IMG/VR virus record: IMGVR_UViG_3300037418_003661
Direction: 5' to 3' (one strand)
Origin: an uncultured virus (IMG/VR IMGVR_UViG_3300037418_003661)
Lineage: Duplodnaviria > Heunggongvirae > Uroviricota > Caudoviricetes
DNA length: 20,000 bases
The notes below the pieces were generated by a model. That model did no database searches. It had not been told where the DNA came from and saw only the letters and a program-made list of their open reading frames with translations. Below are positions 8,828 to 16,479 of this stretch, piece by piece. Position numbers and translations under genes: made by a program. Every line of letters starts with the position of its first letter. Position 1 is the stretch's first letter.

Positions 8828-8950
8828 CGAACTCAGCCAGCGTCACTCTGCCACGCTGGTGCGAACTGCTGCCCGCACTCGCGCCAAGCCCTGGAGCTTC
8901 GCCAACGAGTTCACTTGTTAGACACCTTGTTAGTTGAGAGGAGCCACACC

Positions 8951-9334
8951 ATGTCCATCACCGTCATCATCAACGGCCAGCGCGTCCAAGCCCGTGACCT
9001 CGCCCACGCGCGCGAGCTGTCCGGCGTCAAGCCCGCTGCTGCACCCACCAACGGCCAGCGCACCAACCCGTGGGGCGACGAGTCCGATGGCCGCTGCAAC
9101 CGCTGCCACGGCACGGGCTTCTGGGGCACCCGCGAGAAGGGTGGCGCGTGCTTCCGCTGCGACGGCAGTGGCATCGCGCCCGGCTACAAGAAGAGCACGG
9201 TCGCCGAGGTGCAGGCGGCGCGCGAGGCGGAGCTGGGTCCGTCCGGTCCTGGCTACACCAAGCTGGTGACGCCGCGTCGTGAGGCCAAGAAGGCGCACAA
9301 GGCCATCGTGCGCGGCGGTCGCAAGCGTGCCTAG
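8951..9334 (+). CDS. Small protein with DnaJ-type CxxCxGxG Zn finger (127 aa)
   Basis: GAGAGGAG SD and CACACCATG; CNRCHGTG and CFRCDGSG; basic C-terminus; no J-domain. Confidence 0.85.
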   Translation: MSITVIINGQRVQARDLAHARELSGVKPAAAPTNGQRTNPWGDESDGRCNRCHGTGFWGTREKGGACFRCDGSGIAPGYKKSTVAEVQAAREAELGPSGPGYTKLVTPRREAKKAHKAIVRGGRKRA

Positions 9335-9473
9335 CGTCGGCTGCATGATGTTCTGCCCCGCGTGCAAGCGGGGCACCTGGCACACCATCCACACCGAGAG
9401 TGGGTGGACGTTCTACACCTGCCGTGGTCGGAAGCCCAACTGCGGCAGGACTCACCGCGTCAAGTACCACTAG
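9327..9473 (+). CDS. Small Zn-ribbon protein (~42-48 aa; start GTG 9327 or ATG 9345)
   Basis: MMFCPACKRGTWHTIHTESGWTFYTCRGRKPNCGRTHRVKYH; fills the gap between two well-supported genes. Confidence 0.6.
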   Translation: MPSVGCMMFCPACKRGTWHTIHTESGWTFYTCRGRKPNCGRTHRVKYH

Positions 9474-9493
9474 CCGAGAGGAGACAGCATACC

Positions 9494-9760
9494 ATGCTCA
9501 ACGCCTACCGTAAGCTCCACCCCAAGTCGCGCCGCGATCTGCTCCTCGCGATCGCCGTCGGCATCGCACCGATGATCGGCTGGCTCACCGGCTTCGTGAT
9601 CGGCGACCCCATCGCCGAGCGCGCCGCGCGCCAGCACAACCTGACCGTGATCGCGACGGTCGAGTGCGCCGCCAAGAACTACTCGCGGGTCGGCGCTCCG
9701 CGTGACCAGGGTCCGGGCTCGCTCATCCCGATGAGCGACCTCGACGACTACTACCGCTAG
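9494..9760 (+). CDS. Small single-pass membrane protein (88 aa)
   Basis: CTAGCCGAGAGGAG leader; basic N-terminus, then hydrophobic LLLAIAVGIAPMIGWLTGFVIG. Confidence 0.75.
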   Translation: MLNAYRKLHPKSRRDLLLAIAVGIAPMIGWLTGFVIGDPIAERAARQHNLTVIATVECAAKNYSRVGAPRDQGPGSLIPMSDLDDYYR

Positions 9761-9769
9761 GAGACGCCC

Positions 9770-9910
9770 GTGATCAAGGTCCAGTTCATCAGCGTGCTCA
9801 CCGGCTGGTCGGCCAGCAACGGTGAGCACCGCTTCTACGGCGACACCGCCACGGAAGCACGGCGTCGGTTGCGCGCCTTCCTCCGCAACCAGTTCAAACC
9901 CAAGCGCTAG
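9770..9910 (+). CDS. Hypothetical miniprotein (46 aa), not in the ORF track
   Basis: TAGGAG SD overlapping the upstream stop, GTG start; MIKVQFISVLTGWSASNGEHRFYGDTATEARRRLRAFLRNQFKPKR. Confidence 0.65.
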   Translation: MIKVQFISVLTGWSASNGEHRFYGDTATEARRRLRAFLRNQFKPKR

Positions 9911-9926
9911 CCAAAAGGAGCAACCG

Positions 9927-10280
9927 ATGCACACCACCAAGCGCACCATCCAAGTCCTGACCGAGGTCGAGTCCAAGGTCATCTACGCCGCCTTGATGAC
10001 GGTCATCCCCAAGCTGCCCGAGTTCTACCACGCGACCTGCATCCACACCGTGATGTGCGACGTCAGCCGCACGGTCAGCTTGGACTTCCAGCACTGCTGC
10101 CCGTACAGCGTCAGCCTGGCGATCTCCCAGCTGGAGCTGGTCAGCATCGCGATCGACGACCCCACGCGCCAGGATCGGCCCAAGCCGGTCGAGGCGCAAC
10201 TGCTGGAGGTCTTGGACCTCTGTCTTCCCATCCTGCGTAAGGCCGACACCGAGTACCAAGAGCAGCGCGATCGCCGCTAG
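9927..10280 (+). CDS. Hypothetical protein (117 aa)
   Basis: CTAGCCAAAAGGAG-CAACCGATG leader. Confidence 0.8.
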   Translation: MHTTKRTIQVLTEVESKVIYAALMTVIPKLPEFYHATCIHTVMCDVSRTVSLDFQHCCPYSVSLAISQLELVSIAIDDPTRQDRPKPVEAQLLEVLDLCLPILRKADTEYQEQRDRR

Positions 10281-10295
10281 AAGGAGACCACACCG

Positions 10296-10625
10296 ATGTC
10301 CCACCAGTCGTTCAACCCGTCCATGCACACCACGATCGAGTGCACCACCTGCAAGTCGCTCCAGAGCGGGCGCGAGGTGCTGTTGGCGATCGTCACGCGC
10401 CTGGGCGTCTCGTTCACCCTGGACACCGTCTGCCTCACCTGCGGCACGACCGAAGCCAACGGCAAGCTGCCGCCGGAGGCCAGCGAGACGTTCTTGCTGC
10501 CCAGCGCCGCGGGCTACCAGCACGGCTTCGAGTGCGTGCCTCACAAGACGCGCACACACGATGCGGCGTACCTGCGCGATCGCCAGCAGCACCGCGGTCC
10601 CGACCTGCCCTTCGGGTCGCGCTAG
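10296..10625 (+). CDS. Zn-ribbon protein (109 aa)
   Basis: AAGGAG..CACACCGATG leader; CTTC and CLTC pairs. Confidence 0.8.
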   Translation: MSHQSFNPSMHTTIECTTCKSLQSGREVLLAIVTRLGVSFTLDTVCLTCGTTEANGKLPPEASETFLLPSAAGYQHGFECVPHKTRTHDAAYLRDRQQHRGPDLPFGSR

Positions 10626-10712
10626 CACTGCCCTCTGGAAGTTGTCCCGTTGGGATCTGATGGTCTTCGATTGACCGGTTGGGTTCCGTTACTTGAGAGG
10701 AGCTAAACACCC

Positions 10713-10874
10713 ATGGAAGAGCAAGTCTGCACCTACCCTTTGTGCCCGGATCACCACCCGGACGAGAACGAGATCGCGTACCACGAGAGCGGGGCGATGT
10801 ACGACAGCACCTTGGAAGACTACCAAGAGAGTCACCGCACGCGTTGCACCGCCCCCGAAACCGTCACCCACTAG
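10713..10874 (+). CDS. Acidic Cys/His miniprotein (53 aa), not in the ORF track
   Basis: GAGAGGAG SD and ACACCCATG; MEEQVCTYPLCPDHHPDENEIAYHESGAMYDSTLEDYQESHRTRCTAPETVTH. Confidence 0.65.
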   Translation: MEEQVCTYPLCPDHHPDENEIAYHESGAMYDSTLEDYQESHRTRCTAPETVTH

Positions 10875-10895
10875 CCGAGAGGAGCCTACACACCG

Positions 10896-11693
10896 ATGTT
10901 CAAGAACGCTGACAACCTGTCCAAGCTCGCCGCGCCGCCGATCGCGCCCGTGGTCGAGCCCTTCAAGCCCACGGTTGTGCCCGCTGGGTTCGCGGGTGTC
11001 CACACGTTGGCGATCCAGATCGCCATCACCCAGTGGCGCGGCAAGCTCACGGGTGCCTTCCCCAACACGATGAACGGCAAGGCGCACCGCCTCGACGTCT
11101 CGCGGATGGTGGCCTTCGATGACTGCACCGAAGACGCCTTCGCCTGGCTCAAGACGCGCCTGGGGCCGAAGCACGAAGACCGCACGCTGCGGCCGGACGA
11201 TCGCCACTCGCTGGTGATGTACCGCGGCGGTCCGCACGGGCTCAAGGATCTCAAGCCCTGGTTCCTGATGTACAAGGAGGTCAGCGAAGCGATCGCCTGG
11301 TGCCAGGAGCAAGTGGTCATCAGCCGCGGGCAGGATCACTTCGCGCTGGTGATGCTGGTCAGCACCAGTGATTGGGACCTCAAGAAGCCGGGCAACCCCA
11401 ACTTCGACCCCTTCTACGAGGCGGTGCTTCGTGGAATCTCCGACTTGGAGGTGGTGAAGTTGTCCCCGGAACCCAGCATCGAGCTGCCGGATGGCTTCCC
11501 CGAGAAGGAGCTGGTGCAACCGGTAGAGACGCCCAAGCCGCGCATCATCGTGAGCGCGGCGGAGCAGGTGCGCCGCAAGATCGACACCAGCCACGAACAG
11601 CCGGTCGCACCCGGCGCCAAGCCCGAGTACGTCGACAGCAAGGAACGTCCTGGCGTGGTCGACGAGCTGATCGCCGACTTCGTCGAGCGCTAG
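10896..11693 (+). CDS. Hypothetical protein (265 aa) directly upstream of the RNAP genes
   Basis: CTAGCCGAGAGGAG..ACACACCGATG leader; 15-nt gap to the beta-like gene. Confidence 0.85.
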   Translation: MFKNADNLSKLAAPPIAPVVEPFKPTVVPAGFAGVHTLAIQIAITQWRGKLTGAFPNTMNGKAHRLDVSRMVAFDDCTEDAFAWLKTRLGPKHEDRTLRPDDRHSLVMYRGGPHGLKDLKPWFLMYKEVSEAIAWCQEQVVISRGQDHFALVMLVSTSDWDLKKPGNPNFDPFYEAVLRGISDLEVVKLSPEPSIELPDGFPEKELVQPVETPKPRIIVSAAEQVRRKIDTSHEQPVAPGAKPEYVDSKERPGVVDELIADFVER

Positions 11694-11708
11694 AGGAGAA
11701 CACAACCG

Positions 11709-13673
11709 ATGTCCAACGAATCCAACATCAAGCACGTCCTGGTGATCGGCCAGCCGACCCAGATGGTGGAGGACTTGTTCCCTCACCTGGACCCCAACGA
11801 GCCCAAGGCGCCCGACGAGGTGTTCAAGCGCTTCGGTGGCTTCACCTACGTGGATGCGCCCAGCGAGTTGGTCGACCCCAACAACTGGACGATGATGGGT
11901 GGGCAAGGCGACGTGGACGTGCTCACGGACACGCTGCTCTGCTTCGTCAAGAAGGGTGGCGTGATCTACCTGGGCAGCGCCCTGGAGCGCACCAGCGATG
12001 ACCACAAGGCGCTCGTCCAGCTCGACGAGGTCTGCCCCAACGCCATCCTCGACGAGGCCATCGAGCTGCTCAAGTTGCAGCTGGGCAAGGCGATCGCCGA
12101 CCCGCTCGACTTCGAGACCGCGGTCATCGAGGCGATGGACGTCCACAACGTCGCGGGTGAGAAGGTGATCTTCGCCGGTGCCGAAGAGGACAACGTGGCC
12201 GCCTTCCACGCGCCGCTGCGTGCCAGCAAGACGCACACGCTCAAATGGTGCCCGGACGGCACGATCGAGCTGGACGGGGCGATTCTCCGGCGCACGGCGC
12301 TGATGGGGATCGGCCACCTCAAGACCGAGGTGCTGGGCGGTCGCGTGCTGGAGCCCGGCGAGGTCGTCGGCTTCATCGCCAACCGGATGGCGCTCAACGG
12401 TGTCGACGACCTGGTGGGCTACGGTCGCGCCTTCGGTCCCGGCAAGGAGGACCACACCAACGCCACCCTCACGGACGAGGGGCGGCAGTTCCGCGCACAC
12501 GGGATCGTGGGCGTGGTGAGCGTGCACGGCAACTTCGTGTCGAAGGCCAAGCCCGCGATGGTGGAGCTGGTGGCGCAAGCGCTGCACCAGGCCGACCCCA
12601 AGCGCCCCTTGTTCCTGCACCAGCAGGTCAAGGAGATCTACGAGGGCGAGGAGGCGATGAAAGCCTTCCGCGCCCAGATGGAGAAGGACGGCCGCGTCAC
12701 GCTCTTCGGCAAGAGCACCAAGCACACGCGCGTGGACGCGGGCGCTTACTGCCTCTACACCGAGGATGGGACGGGCACGCTCACCCGCAAGGCGGTGATC
12801 GGTAACTTCGAGGTGGGCAACGATGGCAGCATCTACGCGCCCAAGAGCCTGATGGATGGCATCAAGGGCTACCTCAAGGAGTCGGTGGTTGCCAAGCGTG
12901 ACTTCGGCACGATGAGCGAGGACTTGCTGTCCCGCTACTACAACGCCGAGGTCGTGGTCAAGGAGGGCGATCGCCTGCTGCCGGGCGACGTGGTCTTCAC
13001 CATCGACGGCATTCCGCACACCTGGGAGTCCAAGGCGGACTACGGGATCGTGACGGGTGTGACCGACACGATCAGCACCAAGCTGGTGCACTGCGAGGTG
13101 CGCATCGACGCCTGGTTCGAGGGCGACTGCAAGATGCGTGGCTTCGGCAAGGGCTTGATCGCCCCGATGGAAGCCTGCGGCATCACCTGCAACGTCAAGG
13201 ACGCCATCATCATCGGTGCCGCGGGCATCATCAAGGACAGCGCGGCTGCGAAGTCCAAGATGAGCAACGAGCGCCGCGAGCGCGTGGTGGTCACCATCGA
13301 GTACTGCGAGCGGGACTTCGAGCTGGCGATCGCCAAGCACAACCCCGAGTGGGACGAAGACACGCACCAGACGGGTTGTATGACCAAGGTCTACCCGGAT
13401 CTGTGCGTGATGAGCTTCGACTGCGGCAACCGCACGGTCACCATCATCGACGAGAACGCGCTGGTGGCCGACGTGACCTTCATGATCGAAGCGTCACCGG
13501 TGGGACAGGCGGTCGGGTCGTCTTCGATGACCTTGCCGCAGATGGGCTTCCTGTCCAGCTTGCCCACCGGCAACGCCTGGCTCAACCAGGAGGCACTGCC
13601 CGGCGTCGTGCGCCGCGTGGATGCGCTCACCTACCTGCACGCCGTCAGCAACGGCATCCCTGTCGAGTTGTAA
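11709..13673 (+). CDS. Divergent compact RNA polymerase beta-like subunit (654 aa)
   Basis: Motifs in the same order as in beta: YTEDG (cf. NxED), VVVKEGDRLLPGDVVF and YGIVTGV (sandwich-barrel hybrid), EGDCKMRGFGKGLI (cf. GDKMAGRHGNKGVI), DAIIIGAAGI (cf. DIILNPLGV). Adjacent to the DFDGD gene. Confidence 0.75.
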   Translation: MSNESNIKHVLVIGQPTQMVEDLFPHLDPNEPKAPDEVFKRFGGFTYVDAPSELVDPNNWTMMGGQGDVDVLTDTLLCFVKKGGVIYLGSALERTSDDHKALVQLDEVCPNAILDEAIELLKLQLGKAIADPLDFETAVIEAMDVHNVAGEKVIFAGAEEDNVAAFHAPLRASKTHTLKWCPDGTIELDGAILRRTALMGIGHLKTEVLGGRVLEPGEVVGFIANRMALNGVDDLVGYGRAFGPGKEDHTNATLTDEGRQFRAHGIVGVVSVHGNFVSKAKPAMVELVAQALHQADPKRPLFLHQQVKEIYEGEEAMKAFRAQMEKDGRVTLFGKSTKHTRVDAGAYCLYTEDGTGTLTRKAVIGNFEVGNDGSIYAPKSLMDGIKGYLKESVVAKRDFGTMSEDLLSRYYNAEVVVKEGDRLLPGDVVFTIDGIPHTWESKADYGIVTGVTDTISTKLVHCEVRIDAWFEGDCKMRGFGKGLIAPMEACGITCNVKDAIIIGAAGIIKDSAAAKSKMSNERRERVVVTIEYCERDFELAIAKHNPEWDEDTHQTGCMTKVYPDLCVMSFDCGNRTVTIIDENALVADVTFMIEASPVGQAVGSSSMTLPQMGFLSSLPTGNAWLNQEALPGVVRRVDALTYLHAVSNGIPVEL

Positions 13674-13687
13674 GGAGAGTATCACCG

Positions 13688-15322
13688 ATGTCCATGTCCA
13701 CTACCTACAAGTGCGTCACTTGCGGCGCTGACATCACCATGACCTACGAGTTCAATGGTGAGCAATGCGGCTACTGCTTCGGCCAAGAGATGGTCAAGCG
13801 TGACCAGCAGGCCACCCGTTCGCTGGTGACCGAGTCCACGGTCACCATCCACTACATCGGCCACGAGGCCCTCAACCTGCCCACGGTCGGGCTCACCGAC
13901 CACGAGCTGCTCAAGGAAGCGGCCAAGGAGTTCCCCAAGGGGTTGAACCTGATGGGCAGCAACCTGGGTCCGGTGTGGGTGCACCCCACGATGCTGCTCA
14001 ACCTGGCGCAGCCCGACGGCTTCGGCCTGGAGCTGCAAGGGCTGGCCCACAGCGCGGCGGAGCTGCTGCGCTTGGCGGCCGACCCGGAGAAGGCCGACGA
14101 GCTGACCGGCAAGGGGATCGACCGCATGATCGCCCTGTTCGCGGCGCAAGCCCACGGGCAGGCGATCGCCAAGCGTCCCAACCAGCTGCACGCGCACCGC
14201 TGGGGTGCCGCGGCCAAGGTGGCCGGTGCCGACCGCGTCACGCCCGGTATGCTGGAGATTCACCCCGAGGGCAACGTGGCCGCACGCCTCGCCCAGCTCT
14301 TCGACTGCGTGCCCGGTGCCACGGGCGGTTGGGCCGACCTGGAGGGCCGCCAGCTGATGCTGCTGCGCCACCCGTTCATCCTGGGCTACGTGGTCACGAT
14401 CGGGTTCAACGAGAACCTGACCAAGAACCTCACCCTGGTCAACCGCCTAGACGGCCGCCGCGCCACCGGCATGGACTTCGACGGTGATCAGGTGTTCCTG
14501 TTCGCCATCAAGAGCCGCATCATGGCGGCGATGATCGACGCCGAGATCAAGGCGGTCGTGCCGGACAACGACGCCACCAAGCTCGTGCTGGGCAAGCCCT
14601 GCGAGGAGCCCGGCGGCGAGTGGTGGGGCGAGCTGTTGGAGAAGTCCACCGAGCAGAAGCTCGATCAGAAGTTCACCAAGACCATCGGCGAGTGGATCAA
14701 CTCCCACATCACGATGGGCGACTACGCCAACAAGTTCACGCCCTTCGCGTACCGCATCAGCGACATCGGGGGTGCGATGGCTGCCGTGGGCATCCCTGGT
14801 GCGCGCGAGATGTCGCTGATCGGCGCCACGATCGAGGAGACCTTCTACCTGGGGCTGTCTGGCGGTCCCAAGGAGCTGGACGAGGCCATGGAGACCTGGT
14901 TCCGCAAGAAGATGAGCGCTGCCAACCAGCGCATCCTCTTCGCGGGGCTGCGCACCGTGGTCAACCCGGACCTGCTCGCCAACGCGGATGTCCGCACGGC
15001 GATCGCCCGCGGGTCGGCCATCAACGGCGGTCGCTTCGACGACTGCGACCCGCAAGAGCTGCTGGTCCACACCGCCTTCCTGGTCGGTAAGGGCAAGCTC
15101 ACCCTGGGCAGCGGCGTGCTGCTCGACCAGCTGGCCCTGATCGCCAGCGAGCCGACGCTGTCGGCCGAGCTGCGCGAGTCGTTCGTCGCGCGGATGCTCT
15201 TCCACGCGGCGCGCAAGCTGCACCAGGTGGTGGGCAAGGGCAATCCCATCGTGGGCGAGACCCCGAGCGATGACTACGAGGCCGATGGCTTCGAGGAGTA
15301 CACCTCCGACTTCGAGGAGTAA
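13688..15322 (+). CDS. Divergent compact RNA polymerase beta'-like catalytic subunit (544 aa)
   Basis: AAGGAG..TCACCGATG start at 13688. N-terminal CxxC..CxxC, LMLLRHP (cf. VLLNRAP), GMDFDGDQVFLF (cf. NADFDGDQMAVH; DFDGD at 14474-14488). Acidic tail. Confidence 0.88.
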   Translation: MSMSTTYKCVTCGADITMTYEFNGEQCGYCFGQEMVKRDQQATRSLVTESTVTIHYIGHEALNLPTVGLTDHELLKEAAKEFPKGLNLMGSNLGPVWVHPTMLLNLAQPDGFGLELQGLAHSAAELLRLAADPEKADELTGKGIDRMIALFAAQAHGQAIAKRPNQLHAHRWGAAAKVAGADRVTPGMLEIHPEGNVAARLAQLFDCVPGATGGWADLEGRQLMLLRHPFILGYVVTIGFNENLTKNLTLVNRLDGRRATGMDFDGDQVFLFAIKSRIMAAMIDAEIKAVVPDNDATKLVLGKPCEEPGGEWWGELLEKSTEQKLDQKFTKTIGEWINSHITMGDYANKFTPFAYRISDIGGAMAAVGIPGAREMSLIGATIEETFYLGLSGGPKELDEAMETWFRKKMSAANQRILFAGLRTVVNPDLLANADVRTAIARGSAINGGRFDDCDPQELLVHTAFLVGKGKLTLGSGVLLDQLALIASEPTLSAELRESFVARMLFHAARKLHQVVGKGNPIVGETPSDDYEADGFEEYTSDFEE

Positions 15323-15332
15323 GCCGGTCGAT

Positions 15333-15358
15333 GCCCCAACTGGTCCGCCGGTTGGGGC
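15333..15358 (+). terminator. Hairpin after the RNAP operon (no U-tract)
   Basis: GCCCCAACTGG-TCCG-CCGGTTGGGGC, 11-bp stem 10 nt after the stop. Confidence 0.45.
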
Positions 15359-15643
15359 GCCTGCGGCGCCGGTTGCCCCACCCGCCTTCCCCCGTTTGAT
15401 CTTCTTTTGGTTGGCCCACCCTCTGACCCCCGTTTGGCGGTGGTGGGGTTGGGCTGGATGGACATCGGTTGGTCCACCTGGGCGGTTGTCCGGGTGGGCC
15501 AGTCGGACATCGGTTGCGCTGGCCGGGTGGCCGGGGCGGTTGCCAGTTGGCGATCGCCCCGGTTGGCCGGTTGGGGCGGTAGGACATTGGTTGTCCCCGT
15601 TGGCCCGTTGGGTCCGCTGGGACAGGGTTGACCAGAGCGGTTG
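15350..15643 (+). repeat. A-poor, strand-biased GGTTG repeat tract
   Basis: 13 GGTTG copies on + and none on -; GGACAT(C/T)GGTTG at 15460, 15505 and 15582. Confidence 0.75.
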
Positions 15644-15724
15644 ACCCCGGCTGTCGCTTGCACTCCTACGCTGGAGTGAGCGGCACCACAGACAGGCACG
15701 ACCCGTGCCAAGGAGACCATTCCC

Positions 15725-16246
15725 ATGACCACTCGTGTGACGAACGTCAAGCGCGACGAAGAGCAGCCCACCGAGGGCGCGACCCCGGAGACCACGGCCG
15801 AAGCCAAGACCGAAGTGGTCGCTTCCGACGAGTTCCCGGTCCAGGGCCGCATCGCGGTGCGCGGCGACGGTGGCCCGCAGGCCAGCTACAACCTCCTGGT
15901 GCTCAGCACCGAGTCGGTCTTCGCGCTGGAAGCGCTCAAGGCCGAGTACCCCGACATGGAGTTCACCGACAACCAGGGCCAGCCCTGGATGCAGGTGACC
16001 ATCGACCCGGCCGGTAAGGCCAAGCTGCGTCAGGCTGCCCGCCAGGGCGCCACCAAGCTCGTGGTCGAGGGCATCGTGACGGTGGTCGACCTCGTCAACG
16101 GCAAGCCGCAGGGCTTCATGCGCGTCACCAGCGCGCGTGCGGCGACGCTCAAGGACGGCGGCCGGGTCATCCAGCGCGAGAGCCGCGAAGCGGCGCCCGT
16201 GGCTTCGATGCCCGCGTTGAGCCTGCGTCGCCAGGCTCGCGCCTAA
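15725..16246 (+). CDS. Hypothetical protein (173 aa); acidic disordered N-terminus and beta-rich core (OB-fold/SSB-like is a guess)
   Basis: AAGGAG SD; very strong codon bias; followed by a GTAA-loop hairpin. Confidence 0.85.
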   Translation: MTTRVTNVKRDEEQPTEGATPETTAEAKTEVVASDEFPVQGRIAVRGDGGPQASYNLLVLSTESVFALEALKAEYPDMEFTDNQGQPWMQVTIDPAGKAKLRQAARQGATKLVVEGIVTVVDLVNGKPQGFMRVTSARAATLKDGGRVIQRESREAAPVASMPALSLRRQARA

Positions 16247-16261
16247 CCCGTTGACGACCTG

Positions 16262-16289
16262 CTGGGAGCTAGCGTAAGCTAGCTCCCGG
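16262..16289 (+). terminator. GNRA-capped hairpin (terminator or stabiliser)
   Basis: CTGGGAGCTAGC-GTAA-GCTAGCTCCCGG followed by TTCT. Confidence 0.6.
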
Positions 16290-16311
16290 TTCTGCCGAAA
16301 GGAGCCGATCG

Positions 16312-16479
16312 GTGCCTAACACCGTGACCAACAACGCGCCGCACCCCGTGAAGTCCAACGACGACGTGTTCACGCAGAGTGCGCAAATCGACAGCCTGTG
16401 CCAGTCCCAGATCTTCCAGGTCTGCATGGCCCAGGTCAACTGCACCACCTGCCCCGGCAAGATGGTGTGCCCGCTGTGA
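16312..16479 (+). CDS. Cys-rich miniprotein (55 aa), possible Fe-S or Zn ligand; not in the ORF track
   Basis: GCCGAAAGGAG SD, GTG start; ...LCQSQIFQVCMAQVNCTTCPGKMVCPL; GTGA-coupled to the next gene. Confidence 0.7.
   Translation: MPNTVTNNAPHPVKSNDDVFTQSAQIDSLCQSQIFQVCMAQVNCTTCPGKMVCPL

Noticed and set aside
8951..9334. DnaJ chaperone
   Set aside because: Only two CxxCxGxG repeats; no J-domain or HPD motif.
7292..11693. TAG reassignment (genetic code 15) joining the small ORFs
   Set aside because: Most TAGs are followed directly by a fresh SD and start, often in another frame, and the long genes have no internal TAG.
10689..13367. 892-aa minus-strand ORF and other long antisense ORFs (2943..4379, 3551..4603, 14447..15223, 17051..18043)
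   Set aside because: Shadow frames of strongly GC3-biased genes; no SD, and they overlap better-supported CDSs.
13349..13687. N-terminal extension of the beta'-like ORF in the track (657 aa)
   Set aside because: Overlaps the beta-like gene out of frame; a clear SD and leader mark ATG 13688.
11709..15322. Host rpoB/rpoC or cyanobacterial rpoC1 orthologues
   Set aside because: Too short or too divergent (no NADFDGD, no RHGNKG), no ribosomal-protein context, and a phage-like neighbourhood, so no gene symbols were assigned.
15350..15643. CRISPR array
   Set aside because: Repeats are 5-12 nt, irregularly spaced, with no unique spacers of constant length and no cas genes.
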